NCBI GenBank assembly: GCA_963701075.1
Contig: OY969559.1
Location: 480,001-544,000, forward strand
Origin: an uncultured Nitrososphaerota archaeon
Lineage (GTDB): Archaea; Thermoproteota; Nitrososphaeria; Nitrososphaerales; Nitrosopumilaceae
DNA: 64,000 bases
Direction: 5' to 3'
The stretch's first letter is position 1. Each line of letters opens with the position of its first letter. The translations under genes and the position numbers were made by a program. Under the pieces are notes generated by a model. The model saw nothing but the letters and a program-made list of their open reading frames with translations, was not told the origin of the DNA and did not search any database. Below, in pieces: positions 31,565 through 42,982 of the stretch.

Positions 31565-32632
31565 TTGCCAACGTCGCAATATGCATCATCCTTTGGTAGA
31601 CTACAAGCATTTTCCCTGAACTTTCTCTCAAAAGATGCAATACAAAATCTGATGAAAGCAAAAGACGAAGGTGATATGGTGAAGATTCTCGAATCAACTT
31701 GGTATGGCCCAGAAATTGAAAAAGCGGCAACTTTATTCAAAGACACAGATCTTTTACAGGTTGCACTGAACAGACATCTGGTCCTTGTAAACAAGATTGC
31801 GCTAGAGGCAACACCGTTTAATGGCAAGTCTGCAGTACGCGCATATCTTTCAAAGTGGGATATTTACAATATAGAACTAATTTTGTCTTCAAAAAGCATG
31901 GGAAGACCAGTCACTGAGGTAGAATCATTTCTTGTATCAAACAGAAATGTTCCAGCCGGAATCTCGGCTGGAAACATTCCTCATGATGACATGAAAGTCA
32001 TACTTTCACAGAATAACGTCGATGGAGTTGTAAATCAACTAGTCAAGTACAACTATGGAACCATCCTGATGCAGCATCTTGAGACCTATCAAAAGACAGG
32101 AAACCAAGGGCCAATGATGTCTGCACTGCAGGCTCATTACTATCAGAATTTGTTGGAATCACTCAAGTTCTTCCAAGGTGACGAGGGTATCATTCGTGAT
32201 CTCTTTAGAACAGAGATAGACAAAAAGAATGTCTTGATCCTTCTAAAGGCAAAAGAATCTAACCTTGACAAAGACATACTGAATAGGCACATTATAGAGG
32301 GAGGAAAGATCTCAAAAAGCGAACTCTTGGAGATCTATAACGCAAAGGATGTACCAGAAATAGTGGGCAGAATCGAGAATCGCTTTATGTTAGTTAATGC
32401 ATTGGCTTTATACAAGAAATCAAAAAGTCTAATTGATTTTGAAGTTGCTTTGGATAAATTCATAAATTCCGAATATGTGAACAAATTGAAAAATATTGCA
32501 TTATCAATTGGAACTATATTCTACTTTATTCTTAAAATGGAACAAGAGCTTGAAAACATTAAAAGAATTGCATATGGCAAGCGCTATAACCTTTCAACCG
32601 AGCACATCAACTCGTTATTGCTAATAGAGTGA
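31565..32632 (+). CDS. atpC: V/A-type ATPase subunit C (d)
   Basis: KWDIYNI, EIDKKNV, ELENIKRIAYGK. Confidence 0.9.
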   Translation: MPTSQYASSFGRLQAFSLNFLSKDAIQNLMKAKDEGDMVKILESTWYGPEIEKAATLFKDTDLLQVALNRHLVLVNKIALEATPFNGKSAVRAYLSKWDIYNIELILSSKSMGRPVTEVESFLVSNRNVPAGISAGNIPHDDMKVILSQNNVDGVVNQLVKYNYGTILMQHLETYQKTGNQGPMMSALQAHYYQNLLESLKFFQGDEGIIRDLFRTEIDKKNVLILLKAKESNLDKDILNRHIIEGGKISKSELLEIYNAKDVPEIVGRIENRFMLVNALALYKKSKSLIDFEVALDKFINSEYVNKLKNIALSIGTIFYFILKMEQELENIKRIAYGKRYNLSTEHINSLLLIE

Positions 32633-32636
32633 GATA

Positions 32637-32975
32637 ATGTCTACACAAAAAACCCAATCAAGTGGCAAGATCGCGGTGGTAGGAGAGCGTGAACTTGTGA
32701 TAGGATACAGGCTTCTTGGAATGGAAGATACCTTTGTTGTAAGTGGTGAAGAAGCTAGCAAAACTATCCAAGACTTGTATCATTCAGGAAAGTTTAGTCT
32801 TATTATTGCAAGCGATTCTGTAAGAACTACCATCCCAGCAATCTTTAGGAAAAAGATCGAGGCGTCAATAGAGCCGCTAGTTCTATTTATGCCCGCACTG
32901 GAAGGAAACATTCAAGAAGAGTCAATTGCGGCACTGGCAAAGAGAGTGTTAGGAATAAGTATACCCACAAGTTGA
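32637..32975 (+). CDS. atpF: V/A-type ATPase subunit F
   Basis: KIAVVGERELVIGYRLLG ... KRVLGI. Confidence 0.92.
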   Translation: MSTQKTQSSGKIAVVGERELVIGYRLLGMEDTFVVSGEEASKTIQDLYHSGKFSLIIASDSVRTTIPAIFRKKIEASIEPLVLFMPALEGNIQEESIAALAKRVLGISIPTS

Positions 32976-32984
32976 TGATAATAA

Positions 32985-34748
32985 ATGGCTGATGGAATAA
33001 TTTCAAGAATTTCGGGTCCGGTAGTCATCGCTAGTGGACTTGAGGGAGCCCAGATGTTCGACGTCGTCCGTATAGGTGAGATGGGGCTAGTCGGTGAAAT
33101 AATCAGATTAGAAGGAAACAAGGCAACAGTACAGGTTTATGAAGACACTACAGGTCTGCGTCCAGGCGAGAAGGTAACCAACACAAAAAGACCGCTTTCA
33201 ATGCAGCTTGGTCCGGGTCTGCTTACTTCAATTTATGATGGAATTCAAAGACCGCTTGATGTTCTAAGAGAACAAAGTGGAGACTTTATCAGCAGAGGAA
33301 AAGTGATCCCTGCTCTTGATCAAACCAAAAAGTGGGACTTTGTTCCACTGAAGAAAAAAGGAGATAATGTATCTCCTGGTGAAATAATTGGTCAAGTTCA
33401 AGAAACTCCGCTTATCATGCACAAAATTATGGTGCCATACAATGTTGAAGGTCAATTGTCAGAAATTTCAGAAGGCAAGTTTACAGTTAACGATATTGTT
33501 GCAACTGTACAAAACAGTGCCAAAACAGATATCGGTCTTTCAAGCTGGTGGACCGTAAGAACTCCAAGACCAGTTCTTCGAAAACTGGCACCAGAAGAAC
33601 CGTTACTTACTGGTCAAAGAGTACTTGATACGTTCTTCCCCGTTGCAAAGGGTGGAACAGCTGCAATTCCGGGTCCATTTGGAAGTGGAAAGACAGTAAC
33701 TCAACAGCAGCTTGCAAAGTGGGCAGACAGCAATGTTATCGTGTATGTAGGTTGTGGTGAGAGAGGGAACGAAATGACTGAAGTTCTTTCAACTTTTCCA
33801 AAACTCGAAGATCCAAAATCAAAAAGACCATTAATGGAACGTACCATTCTTGTAGCTAACACTTCTAACATGCCAGTTGCAGCAAGAGAAGCAAGCATCT
33901 ACACCGGAATCACAATGGGCGAATACTATCGTGACATGGGTTATGGTGTTGCCTTGATGGCAGACAGTACTTCCAGATGGGCAGAAGCATTAAGAGAGAT
34001 CTCAGGTAGATTGGAAGAGATGCCAGGTGAAGAAGGATATCCAGCTTATCTTGGTAGAAGACTAGCAGAATTTTATGAAAGAGGAGGAAAGGCAATTGTC
34101 ATCTCTCCAGAAGAGCGTGTTGGCTCTCTTACCCTTGTCGGCGCAGTATCACCTCCTGGTGGAGACTTTTCGGAGCCGGTCTCTCAGAACACGCTTAGAG
34201 TGACTCGAGTTTTCTGGGCACTTGATGCAAGCTTGGCATCAAGAAGACACTTCCCATCAATTAACTGGCTTACAAGTTATTCATTATATGCAGATGACAT
34301 GGGAGATTGGTACAAGAAGAATGTTGCACCTGAATGGACAGCACTAAGAAAGGAAGCGCTTGAAATCTTGCAGAAAGAATCAGAGTTACAAGAAATCGTT
34401 CAACTTGTCGGTTATGATGCATTACCAGAACCAGAAAAGGGAGTTCTTGATACAGCACGAACAATCAGAGAAGACTATCTACAACAAAGTGCATATGACG
34501 ATGTGGATACATACACATCAATTAGGAAACAATTCCTGATGCTTGCTGCAATCATAGAATTTGGCAAAATGGAAGCAGATGCAATCAAGAAAGGAATTCC
34601 ATCTACAAAGATAGGAACATTAGAATCAAGAAAGATGATATCAAAAATAAAATGGACAAAAGAAGATCAGGTTGAACAACTAATTAAAGACTTTAAGAAC
34701 AAAATGCAGCAAGAGTTTGAAAGTCTCTTAGTGGAGGTTACACGCTAG
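32985..34748 (+). CDS. atpA: V/A-type ATPase catalytic subunit A (no intein)
   Basis: GPFGSGKT, GCGERGNE, DSTSRWAEALREISGRLEEMPGEEGYP. Confidence 0.98.
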   Translation: MADGIISRISGPVVIASGLEGAQMFDVVRIGEMGLVGEIIRLEGNKATVQVYEDTTGLRPGEKVTNTKRPLSMQLGPGLLTSIYDGIQRPLDVLREQSGDFISRGKVIPALDQTKKWDFVPLKKKGDNVSPGEIIGQVQETPLIMHKIMVPYNVEGQLSEISEGKFTVNDIVATVQNSAKTDIGLSSWWTVRTPRPVLRKLAPEEPLLTGQRVLDTFFPVAKGGTAAIPGPFGSGKTVTQQQLAKWADSNVIVYVGCGERGNEMTEVLSTFPKLEDPKSKRPLMERTILVANTSNMPVAAREASIYTGITMGEYYRDMGYGVALMADSTSRWAEALREISGRLEEMPGEEGYPAYLGRRLAEFYERGGKAIVISPEERVGSLTLVGAVSPPGGDFSEPVSQNTLRVTRVFWALDASLASRRHFPSINWLTSYSLYADDMGDWYKKNVAPEWTALRKEALEILQKESELQEIVQLVGYDALPEPEKGVLDTARTIREDYLQQSAYDDVDTYTSIRKQFLMLAAIIEFGKMEADAIKKGIPSTKIGTLESRKMISKIKWTKEDQVEQLIKDFKNKMQQEFESLLVEVTR

Positions 34749-36140
34749 ATGTCTACCATATCATACAAGACTATTGACAAGATTGCAGGTCCGCTGATGT
34801 TTGTACAAGGAGTAGATAATGCCGCTTATGGTGAAATGGTAGAAATAAAACTTGCAAATGGAGAAAGAAGACAAGGACAGGTTCTTGATACAAGTCAAGG
34901 ACTTGCGGTAGTTCAGGTATTTGGCTCAACTATGGGATTGAACACAACTGGAACTTCAGTCAAGTTCCTTGGAGAGACCGCACAGATTTCAGTATCTGAC
35001 GATATGCTTGGCAGAGTCTTTGATGGACTAGGAAATCCAAAAGACAATGGCCCAAAGATCGTCTCAAAACACAAAGTCGACTTGGTCGGCTCTGGTATTA
35101 ACCCGTATTCAAGGGAAGAACCATCAGAGTTCATTCAAACCGGCATGTCTAACATAGATGCAATGAATACTCTTGTAAGAGGCCAGAAGCTTCCAGTTTT
35201 CTCTGGTGCTGGTCTTCCTCACAACCTACTTGCATCACAAATTGCAAGACAGGCCAAAGTTCTTAGTGCCTCTGAGAATTTTTCAGTGGTCTTTGCAGCA
35301 ATGGGAATTACAAGTGAAGAAGCAAACTTTTTCGTAAAACAATTTGAAGAAAGCGGCGCACTTGGCAGAACTTCGCTTTTCCTGAACTTGTCATCAGATC
35401 CATCAATGGAGCGTTTGCTTACTCCAAGACTTGCATTAACTACAGCGGAATATCTGGCATATGAAAGAGACATGCATGTGCTGGTTATCATGACTGATAT
35501 GACAAACTATTGTGAAGCATTAAGAGAAATTTCAGCTGCAAGAGAAGAAGTTCCTGGCAGAAGAGGATATCCAGGTTACATGTACACTGACTTGGCTTCT
35601 CTCTATGAAAGAGCAGGCAAGATCAAGGGCAGAAACGGTTCTGTTACACAGATTCCAATTCTAACCATGCCAGCTGATGATATTACTCATCCGATTCCAG
35701 ACCTTACTGGTTACATTACTGAGGGACAGATCGTCATGAGCAGAGACCTTCATAGAGCAGATATCCATCCTCCAGTAGATGTTTTGACCAGCCTTTCGCG
35801 TTTGATGAATCAGGGTATTGGAAAGGGAAGAACAAGAGAAGATCATCGAAGTCTTGCAGACCAACTCTATTCTACATATGCACAAGGTAAGGATGCAAGA
35901 TCGCTTGCAGCTATTGTGGGTGAAGAAGCATTAAGTGATCTTGACAGAAAATTCCTAAAGGTGGCTAACAGCTTTGAAAGGAAGTTTGTCAACCAAGGAA
36001 TGGATGAAAACCGTTCCATTGAGCAGACTTTGGATATTGGCTGGGAATTACTTGACGAACTTTCAGACTCTGAATTGAACCGTATCAAGCCTGAGTTTAT
36101 CGAGAAATACAGAAAGAGGACTAGTCCAGGTGGAAAGTAG
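34749..36140 (+). CDS. atpB: V/A-type ATPase subunit B
   Basis: [47 protein letters not shown]. Confidence 0.98.
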   Translation: MSTISYKTIDKIAGPLMFVQGVDNAAYGEMVEIKLANGERRQGQVLDTSQGLAVVQVFGSTMGLNTTGTSVKFLGETAQISVSDDMLGRVFDGLGNPKDNGPKIVSKHKVDLVGSGINPYSREEPSEFIQTGMSNIDAMNTLVRGQKLPVFSGAGLPHNLLASQIARQAKVLSASENFSVVFAAMGITSEEANFFVKQFEESGALGRTSLFLNLSSDPSMERLLTPRLALTTAEYLAYERDMHVLVIMTDMTNYCEALREISAAREEVPGRRGYPGYMYTDLASLYERAGKIKGRNGSVTQIPILTMPADDITHPIPDLTGYITEGQIVMSRDLHRADIHPPVDVLTSLSRLMNQGIGKGRTREDHRSLADQLYSTYAQGKDARSLAAIVGEEALSDLDRKFLKVANSFERKFVNQGMDENRSIEQTLDIGWELLDELSDSELNRIKPEFIEKYRKRTSPGGK

Positions 36141-36142
36141 GG

Positions 36143-36811
36143 TTGCCATCAGTAACTAACATTCGACCTACTCGTCTTGAATACATCCGCACAAAAAGAA
36201 GAATAAAGATAGCACAAAAGGGCCTAAAGTTACTAAAACTAAAAAGGCAGGCTCTGATTTTAGAATTTTTCAATACCAGCAAAACTGCAGCCTCTCTGAG
36301 AAGTGCCTTGCAAGCAGAGATCATCAAGGGCTACCAGAGCATAATGATGGCAGAGATGTTGGCCGGTTCCATGAGGTTGGAAAACGAGGCAATGAAGATT
36401 CCCCAGCTTAGTAAATTACAAATCACTTCAAAAAATGTAATGGGTGTTAAAATTCCAAAGATTGGCGGGGGGCAGAGTGACCAGTCTCTTACAGAACATT
36501 TGCTAGAGTTACCGCCATCGATTAACGAAGCAATAAAGGCTTTCCAAAATGTCCACAAGATGGTACTTGAGGTGGCAGAAAAGGAAACAGCACTGCGCAA
36601 ACTTTTGCTGGAAATAGAAAAAACAAAGCGTAAATCAAATGCAATCGAGAATTTATTTATACCTAGATTGCAAGCTGCTGTCAAGTTCATCATTTTTAGA
36701 TTAGATGAGATGGAACGTGATACTTTCATAATGCTAAAGACAGTCAAGCGAAAGATGGGAGAAAGAGAAGAGAAAGCTCGACTCAAAAAGGAGAAGGAGA
36801 TAATTGCCTAG
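36143..36811 (+). CDS. atpD: V/A-type ATPase subunit D
   Basis: PTRLEY, GLKLLKLKR, KNVMGV, TKRKSNAIE. Confidence 0.95.
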   Translation: MPSVTNIRPTRLEYIRTKRRIKIAQKGLKLLKLKRQALILEFFNTSKTAASLRSALQAEIIKGYQSIMMAEMLAGSMRLENEAMKIPQLSKLQITSKNVMGVKIPKIGGGQSDQSLTEHLLELPPSINEAIKAFQNVHKMVLEVAEKETALRKLLLEIEKTKRKSNAIENLFIPRLQAAVKFIIFRLDEMERDTFIMLKTVKRKMGEREEKARLKKEKEIIA

Positions 36812-36930
36812 CTTTAAGAACGCACAACAGAGAAAGTTATACTTGATAATGAGAGCTTTCAAGTTTGGAAATATCTTTGGAACAGTTGCTCTGGTATTAT
36901 ATGCAGGAAGGCATTTTCTAGGAGTTTAAA

Positions 36931-37254
36931 ATGTCAACTGCAGAAAAATACGTCCATTCACTCAAGCAGATAAAAGAAGCAGAAGATAGGACACAAACAC
37001 AAATAGACGAGCACAAGAAAAAAGTTTCAGAAGAATTTAGAAATTTTGAAAGTTATGTATCTCAAACAATCACCACTGTAAAGATTGATGGCGAAAAATT
37101 AGTGGAATCAAATGTGGAACAATCAAGAAAAAAGGCCACAACCGAAACAGAAAAGATAATCGACGATGCAACTAACAAATCAAAAACAGTCTCCGCTAAA
37201 ATTGACGCACAAACTGTACAAGAAATAATCAATACTTTGTTAAAAGAGGTATAG
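36931..37254 (+). CDS. atpH: V/A-type ATPase subunit H (G)
   Basis: 107-aa coiled coil LKQIKEAE before subunit I. Confidence 0.8.
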   Translation: MSTAEKYVHSLKQIKEAEDRTQTQIDEHKKKVSEEFRNFESYVSQTITTVKIDGEKLVESNVEQSRKKATTETEKIIDDATNKSKTVSAKIDAQTVQEIINTLLKEV

Positions 37255-37256
37255 AT

Positions 37257-39270
37257 TTGGTTCTAAAACCTATACCAATGGCACGTATTGCCGTGCTTGG
37301 ATTGAGAAAAGATAGGCAGACTGTAGTCTCAGTTCTTCATGATCTAAATGCAGTTCAACTTGAACCCCTTTCAAAAGACGTTGCGGCACTGTTGAGAAAT
37401 GAACGCGATGATGATACGTACAGGCAAGTCTCAGACCAGCTTTTAAGAATGAAGGCTTTGAAAACTGTCCTGCCTCCAATGTCGGTCACACAATGCCAGA
37501 GATTTGGTTCCATAGGACAACTCTTGGAGGGCGCAAAATCTATTGATATAGACGACAAGGTTGCGTCCTTGGAGCGAGAAAAGGAAACCCTCCTGACCCA
37601 ACTCAAAGAAAATGGAAACAACATAAAGCTGGTTGAAGAGTTCTCATTTTTCCCTGAAGATTTTAATGTGTTGCAACTTTCATCTGCTCATTCTTATTTT
37701 GGTAGAGTGGATCAAAAGAACGCTGCTGGTTTTAAGCAAGCATTACAAATACATGGCCAAGATGTCTTCCTGTATTCAAAGGAAGAAAAAGACGCAACAC
37801 GAATTATTCTAGTCACTTTTCCAAACTTTCCTGCACACGCATTAGCTACTGTAGTCCAAGGGTATAATGTCAAACTTGAGGCCGTGCCCAAACTAAAAGG
37901 AAAGGCGGCAGAACTGAGCCAAAGTCTAAAGAACAAACAAAATGAAATTACTCAAAAAATAAATGAAATTGATAAACAATTAGCAGAAATTTCAAAGGAT
38001 CATTATGTAAATATCATATGCCTCGAAGAACAACTAGAAATTGAGAACAAGAAACTCGAGGTAGTCGATAACCTTGGCGTTACTTCAGATTCCTTTGCAC
38101 TCGAGGGATGGATACCAAAGTCAAAGGTAAGCCAACTAAAGAATAGCTTTGACCAGCATTCCAAGGGAACACTACTTTTTGAGCTGAGAAACCGACGAGA
38201 ACCCTCCAACCTTATTTGGCAATCCAAAGAGATTCAAACTGTTTGAGGCCTTTATCCGATTCTACTCCTTGCCGTCAGGAAAAGAATTCGATCCTACTCT
38301 GATCTTCGGTCTAATCTTTCCTGTCTTCTATGGTATGATGGTAGGAGACTTTGGTTATGGCCTTGTCATCTTACTTGTCTGTAGGTGGGTAATTCGAAGA
38401 GTAGAGGGAGGAAAGAAGAACTTTAACATCATGCCCACACCACTGCGTAAGTTTGCCTTGACTATATTGAAACCACGACAAATGGTAAAGCTAGCAAAGG
38501 CCATGACACCTGGAGCAATTATTGCAATGATTTTGGGATTCACATTTAACCTGTATTTTGGATTCCACCTTAACAATTACCTGTTCAACTATCTTAGCAG
38601 CACATTTGGAATGCACTTTCCGGCAGACGGGGCAATATTCAATCCAATTACTGGCCTAAGACATCTACTGTTGCTTGCTGGATATATTGGACTGGGCATG
38701 GTTACATTTGGGTTAATCCTTGGCATACTTAACACCTTAAGAGAAGGAGAGAAAAAACATGCAATAGGCAAGGTAGGCTGGATACTCTTTGGATGGGGGG
38801 TAGTCCTTACTGGATTGGCGCTATTGCACCACCAGCATGTCAACCCACTTCATCACATAGAGGGAGTTGGCTATGTTGGCCTGATGCTTGCTGGAATTGG
38901 TCTCATGTTCTATGGCGAGGGTGTAAGGGCAGTAATGGAATTGCCCTCAATAGTGAGTCACATTCTTTCATACACAAGAATTATTGGAATTTTGCTTGCA
39001 TCAGTTATTTTAGCTGACGTAATTGACTTTATTTTCACAAAGACACTGCATCACACAATACCTTTCATAGTGCTTGGCACCGTCATACTCTTCATAGGAC
39101 ACATATTCAATATCATCATAGGTGTCTTTGAGCCTGGCATACAGGGGGCAAGATTAGTCTATGTGGAATTTTTCTCCAAATTTTATCACGGTAACGGAAG
39201 ACCATTTAGACCATTTGGATCAACAAGAAAGTATACCTCTGATCAGTACGAGATAAAGGCCAAAGAATAA
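37257..39270 (+). CDS. atpI: V/A-type ATPase subunit I (a) (apparent frameshift at 38186)
   Basis: EGWIPK; repaired ETDENPPTLFGNP; DPT...GDFGYG; LSYTRI; ARLVYVEFFSKFY. Confidence 0.95.
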
Positions 39271-39278
39271 TTCTGAAA

Positions 39279-39740
39279 TTAATAGTACTTTAGTTCGTTA
39301 ACATCCAATATTCTAGTACAGAATCTGCATCTTAGAACAAGCCCTGTCTTGTCCACTACATCCATCACAGGCTCAATATCTTCATCACTATTTGAGATGC
39401 AATCAGGATTCGAACACTTGAAAATTCGCTCTATCTCATTTGGCAACGTTACGCGCCTCTTCTCAACCAATTTGTATTCCTTGATTATGTTTACCGTTGC
39501 CTTTGGTGCAATGAGTGCAAGCTTGTTAGTATCAGAATCTTGTAGGAATCTATTCTCCACCTTTATGATATCCTTTTTTGCTACCTTTGAGCTGGGAACG
39601 TTGAGTGCTATTGTAATTACATTGCCATCCTTTCCATCTATCCCAAGTGCATTGAGTACCTTGAGACCCTTTCCAGCTTCAACATGATCAATCACGGTGC
39701 CATTTTTGATTTTTCGAACGATTAGGTCTGATTCTGACAT
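39279..39740 (-). CDS. pyrI: Aspartate carbamoyltransferase regulatory subunit
   Basis: IKNGTVIDH, KKDIIKVE, CSNPDCISN, CRFC; start MSESDL. Confidence 0.95.
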   Translation of the reverse strand: MSESDLIVRKIKNGTVIDHVEAGKGLKVLNALGIDGKDGNVITIALNVPSSKVAKKDIIKVENRFLQDSDTNKLALIAPKATVNIIKEYKLVEKRRVTLPNEIERIFKCSNPDCISNSDEDIEPVMDVVDKTGLVLRCRFCTRILDVNELKYY

Positions 39741-39782
39741 TGGAATAGTTTTTGTACTACTCATATATAACAGTGAACTACG

Positions 39783-40716
39783 ATGAGCAATACTTTTTTC
39801 CAAAAAGATATTGTCTCGGTACGTGATTTTGATAAACAAAAATTTGAGGAAGTTTTCCAAGCTACCGATAAAATAATTGAGATGAATCCAAACGAGAGAA
39901 GAGAACTTGCGCGAGGAAAAACTCTTGGCTATCTTTTCTTTGAGCCAAGTACCAGAACTCGATTGAGCTTCGAGTCTGCAATGGCTTCCTTGGGGGGCAC
40001 CTCTCTTGGCATAACTGATGCTTCATCATCTTCTGCAAAAAAGGGTGAAAGCCTCTCTGATACAGTCAGAATAATGTCGCTATATTCAGATGTAGTTATT
40101 TTACGGCACCAACTTGACGGGTCCAGTAGATTTGCTGCCGAAGTATCAGAAAAACCACTTATCAATGCTGGCAGTGGAACAGAAGAGCATCCAACACAGG
40201 CAATACTTGACCTCTATACAATTAGAAAGGAAAAGAAACGAATTGACGGTCTTAAGATTGGAATAGTTGGAGACCTAAAATATGGAAGAACTGTATACTC
40301 ACTTTTGTATGCTCTGAGCAACTACAAGGTAGATGTTCGGTTGATATCTCCACCAGCCTTGAAGATACGTTCAGACTCTACATATGAGATAAGAAAAAGA
40401 CTTTCGTATACGGAAACAACAGACCTGGAAGAAAGTCTCGATGATCTAGACGTTGTATACGTAACAAGAATCCAGAAGGAAAGGTTTGCTGATATGGAAG
40501 AGTATGTCAAAGTAAAGGGCAGCTACAAGATTGGACTGGAGCTGACTAAAGAAAATGAAACAAGATGCCATAATAATGCACCCATTGCCACGCCTCGACG
40601 AGATCTCACACAAGCTTGATTCCACAAGTAATGCAAAATATTTCAAACAGGCTCAATATGGAAAGGACACGCGTGCTGCTCTGCTTGCACTAATTCTCAA
40701 CGAGAAAGGAATTTAG
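39783..40716 (+). CDS. pyrB: Aspartate carbamoyltransferase catalytic subunit (apparent frameshift at 40544)
   Basis: [24 protein letters not shown]; HPLPR recovered after repair. Confidence 0.96.
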
Positions 40717-41892
40717 CTATTTCACTATACCTGATTGCTTTAGATATTTTATCTCGTTGACAACGTCATCTACTGGAACATTATTGTATATCATGTAATT
40801 GACAGTATTTTTCACCCATGGTGGAACATAGCTACCATGGATTCCAAGTACGTCTAGCAGTTTGGAATCAGATATCGTAAACGTTGAAAAGCCAGCCCAG
40901 GCTATCAGCGCAGATTTTGCGTCAAGATAAAAGTATTCATCAGTGTTTGGAATGTAATTTGGATCAAAGCCTGAAATCACCACTTTGTGCTGGCCATAGT
41001 TTACGTTGAATGCAACGTGCCAATTTTGTGTATCATTATCTTTACTAGTCAAGGAATTGACTTCCTTGCCGTCTATAGATACCGTAAAGTCTCCGGTGCT
41101 TGACCCGTTAGGAAACATGAAATTAGCAAAATATGGTATCTGCCAAGGATTGGCAGCATCAAAAGATATTGAATCACCATTTTCATCAAAGTTTTGATTA
41201 GTAAAATAGACAATTGAGAGTACGCTAAAATAGAATGTCTTGCCTTTTAACGGAGCTGATATTTCTATGGAACTATCAGTTCCTGGAATGAAACAACTGT
41301 AATAATATACCTGTTTTACAACGGCTGGATCAGGATACATTACAAATTCTGCCTTGGCTCCGGGGTCAATCTTTGGTATGGTCCAAGTGCTTTGTACCTC
41401 GTCGAGGTATTGATTATTTTTGTTATGTACCAATGCATAGACATCAATGTTGGTTACCGTATTATTTCCAGTATTTGTGATAAAGCCTGTCAGGTGACCA
41501 TCAGGATATTTTACAAGGGTTCTGTCATAGTTTACCTCTATGTTTAGGGGGTTACTATTGGTAAGAATAAATGAAACTTGGGGTTTTTGCAAAAGAGGCT
41601 CTCCACTAGTTATCTGTGGAAACTTGAATTTGAAAGGCATGTCCTTTAACGAATAGATTGCAGGAAGGATGCGAGATTCTGAAAATGTAGCATCTCCATT
41701 ATTTACTGTAATCTGGACCTTTGCAAGAACAGTCTGGTTATCGGTATTTTTCACTGAGCCATACACAACATAGATTCCATCGTGATCAAAATATCCCGCA
41801 TATTCATTATCAGGTATGTATACTTCTGCGCTTGCAACATGAAACAAGATGCCAAGCAACACAAAGACAGGTATTATGTAGAAGATTTTCAT
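40717..41892 (-). CDS. Secreted thaumarchaeal protein (FxLYD/Ig-like domains, C-terminal VPPWVK domain)
   Basis: Signal peptide; GSVKN / GFITNTG Ig-like motifs. Confidence 0.7.
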   Translation of the reverse strand: MKIFYIIPVFVLLGILFHVASAEVYIPDNEYAGYFDHDGIYVVYGSVKNTDNQTVLAKVQITVNNGDATFSESRILPAIYSLKDMPFKFKFPQITSGEPLLQKPQVSFILTNSNPLNIEVNYDRTLVKYPDGHLTGFITNTGNNTVTNIDVYALVHNKNNQYLDEVQSTWTIPKIDPGAKAEFVMYPDPAVVKQVYYYSCFIPGTDSSIEISAPLKGKTFYFSVLSIVYFTNQNFDENGDSISFDAANPWQIPYFANFMFPNGSSTGDFTVSIDGKEVNSLTSKDNDTQNWHVAFNVNYGQHKVVISGFDPNYIPNTDEYFYLDAKSALIAWAGFSTFTISDSKLLDVLGIHGSYVPPWVKNTVNYMIYNNVPVDDVVNEIKYLKQSGIVK

Positions 41893-41991
41893 CCTGATAT
41901 CGCATGAACTTCATTTAATTTGTATTTATCTTACATTATCACGCGCTTGTTCTACACGTATCAATAGTAGACGCTTCACAATCGTCTTTCG

Positions 41992-42558
41992 TTATTCCTT
42001 GATGATTGAAATGATCTCTGAATCTTCTTCAAATAACTCTGAATTGATCTCGTGTGCCAATCCCCAAGTCATGGCTTCATCTGGAGTAAACGTAGTTCTT
42101 TGGTGCATAATGCTTAGAACCTCAAGGACTGACTTTCCCGTGTTGGCTGCTATGACATTTGCAATGTTTTGTTTGTATACTGTCAAGCGTTTTAGTGTCT
42201 CATCAATCTCTCCTTCATCTAAATTTGATTGCTGAAATGACCAATAGGGCTCATGAATCAAAAAGTTTGCATGAGGTACTGAAATACGTCGGCTACCAGC
42301 ACAATACAACAGTACAGCAATGGAAGATACAGTTCCGATATTGAACGTGGTTATTTTTATGGGTACCCCCTTTAGATAGTTGTATCCTGTTAAACCAGCA
42401 GCCGTATCACCGCCATGAGAAGAAATGAGGATCATAAATTCTCTCATTCCTTCTTTCATCTTGTTGTCTACTGTATTCATTAACGAATTAATTGTAGAAT
42501 TGTTGATCTGACCATTGAGCTTAATCACAACAGATTTTGATTTTAGTGCTTGTGTCAT
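41992..42558 (-). CDS. ClpP-like protease proteolytic subunit
   Basis: ISSHGGD, VSSIAVLLY, FLIHEP, EAMTWGLAHEI. Confidence 0.82.
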   Translation of the reverse strand: MTQALKSKSVVIKLNGQINNSTINSLMNTVDNKMKEGMREFMILISSHGGDTAAGLTGYNYLKGVPIKITTFNIGTVSSIAVLLYCAGSRRISVPHANFLIHEPYWSFQQSNLDEGEIDETLKRLTVYKQNIANVIAANTGKSVLEVLSIMHQRTTFTPDEAMTWGLAHEINSELFEEDSEIISIIKE

Positions 42559-42561
42559 ATC

Positions 42562-42957
42562 TTATTTTAAATCTGCTTTTTCTTCAAGTTGTAGTATCTG
42601 CTGTATTTCTGTTGATGATGTGTCCAGTACTCTTGAAATGAATATCCATCCGTGTGTTTCTTCGATAATATCTTTTGCGGGATGCCACTCTGAAGTTCCA
42701 GGATTAAACTTGATAACCTTGCTTATTTCTGTTGCATTTTTTAGATTTTTGCTCTTTACATAGTAGATGTTGATATCAGTCAAATCTCCATCGGAGAAAT
42801 ACAATGGCTTGTAAAAAATATCAGTAGATTCAATTTGAAAAATCGTAGTAGAATTAGAACCACGATAATCTAGAATGCATGTAAAAAGATCTATCTCACT
42901 TTCAAGCTTGTATATGTGATACTTTGCCTTTGATTTTAACTTGTGAATTATGCTCAT
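42562..42957 (-). CDS. Hypothetical protein
   Basis: 131 aa from MSIIHK, 3 bp upstream of the ClpP-like gene. Confidence 0.5.
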   Translation of the reverse strand: MSIIHKLKSKAKYHIYKLESEIDLFTCILDYRGSNSTTIFQIESTDIFYKPLYFSDGDLTDINIYYVKSKNLKNATEISKVIKFNPGTSEWHPAKDIIEETHGWIFISRVLDTSSTEIQQILQLEEKADLK

Positions 42958-42982
42958 ATTTTTCCATAAAACAAAAAAAGGT

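Noticed and set aside
37257-40716. atpI and pyrB as pseudogenes, split genes or programmed frameshifts
   Set aside because: Essential genes, no slippery sequence, and the same AGCT-adjacent insertion independent of coding strand
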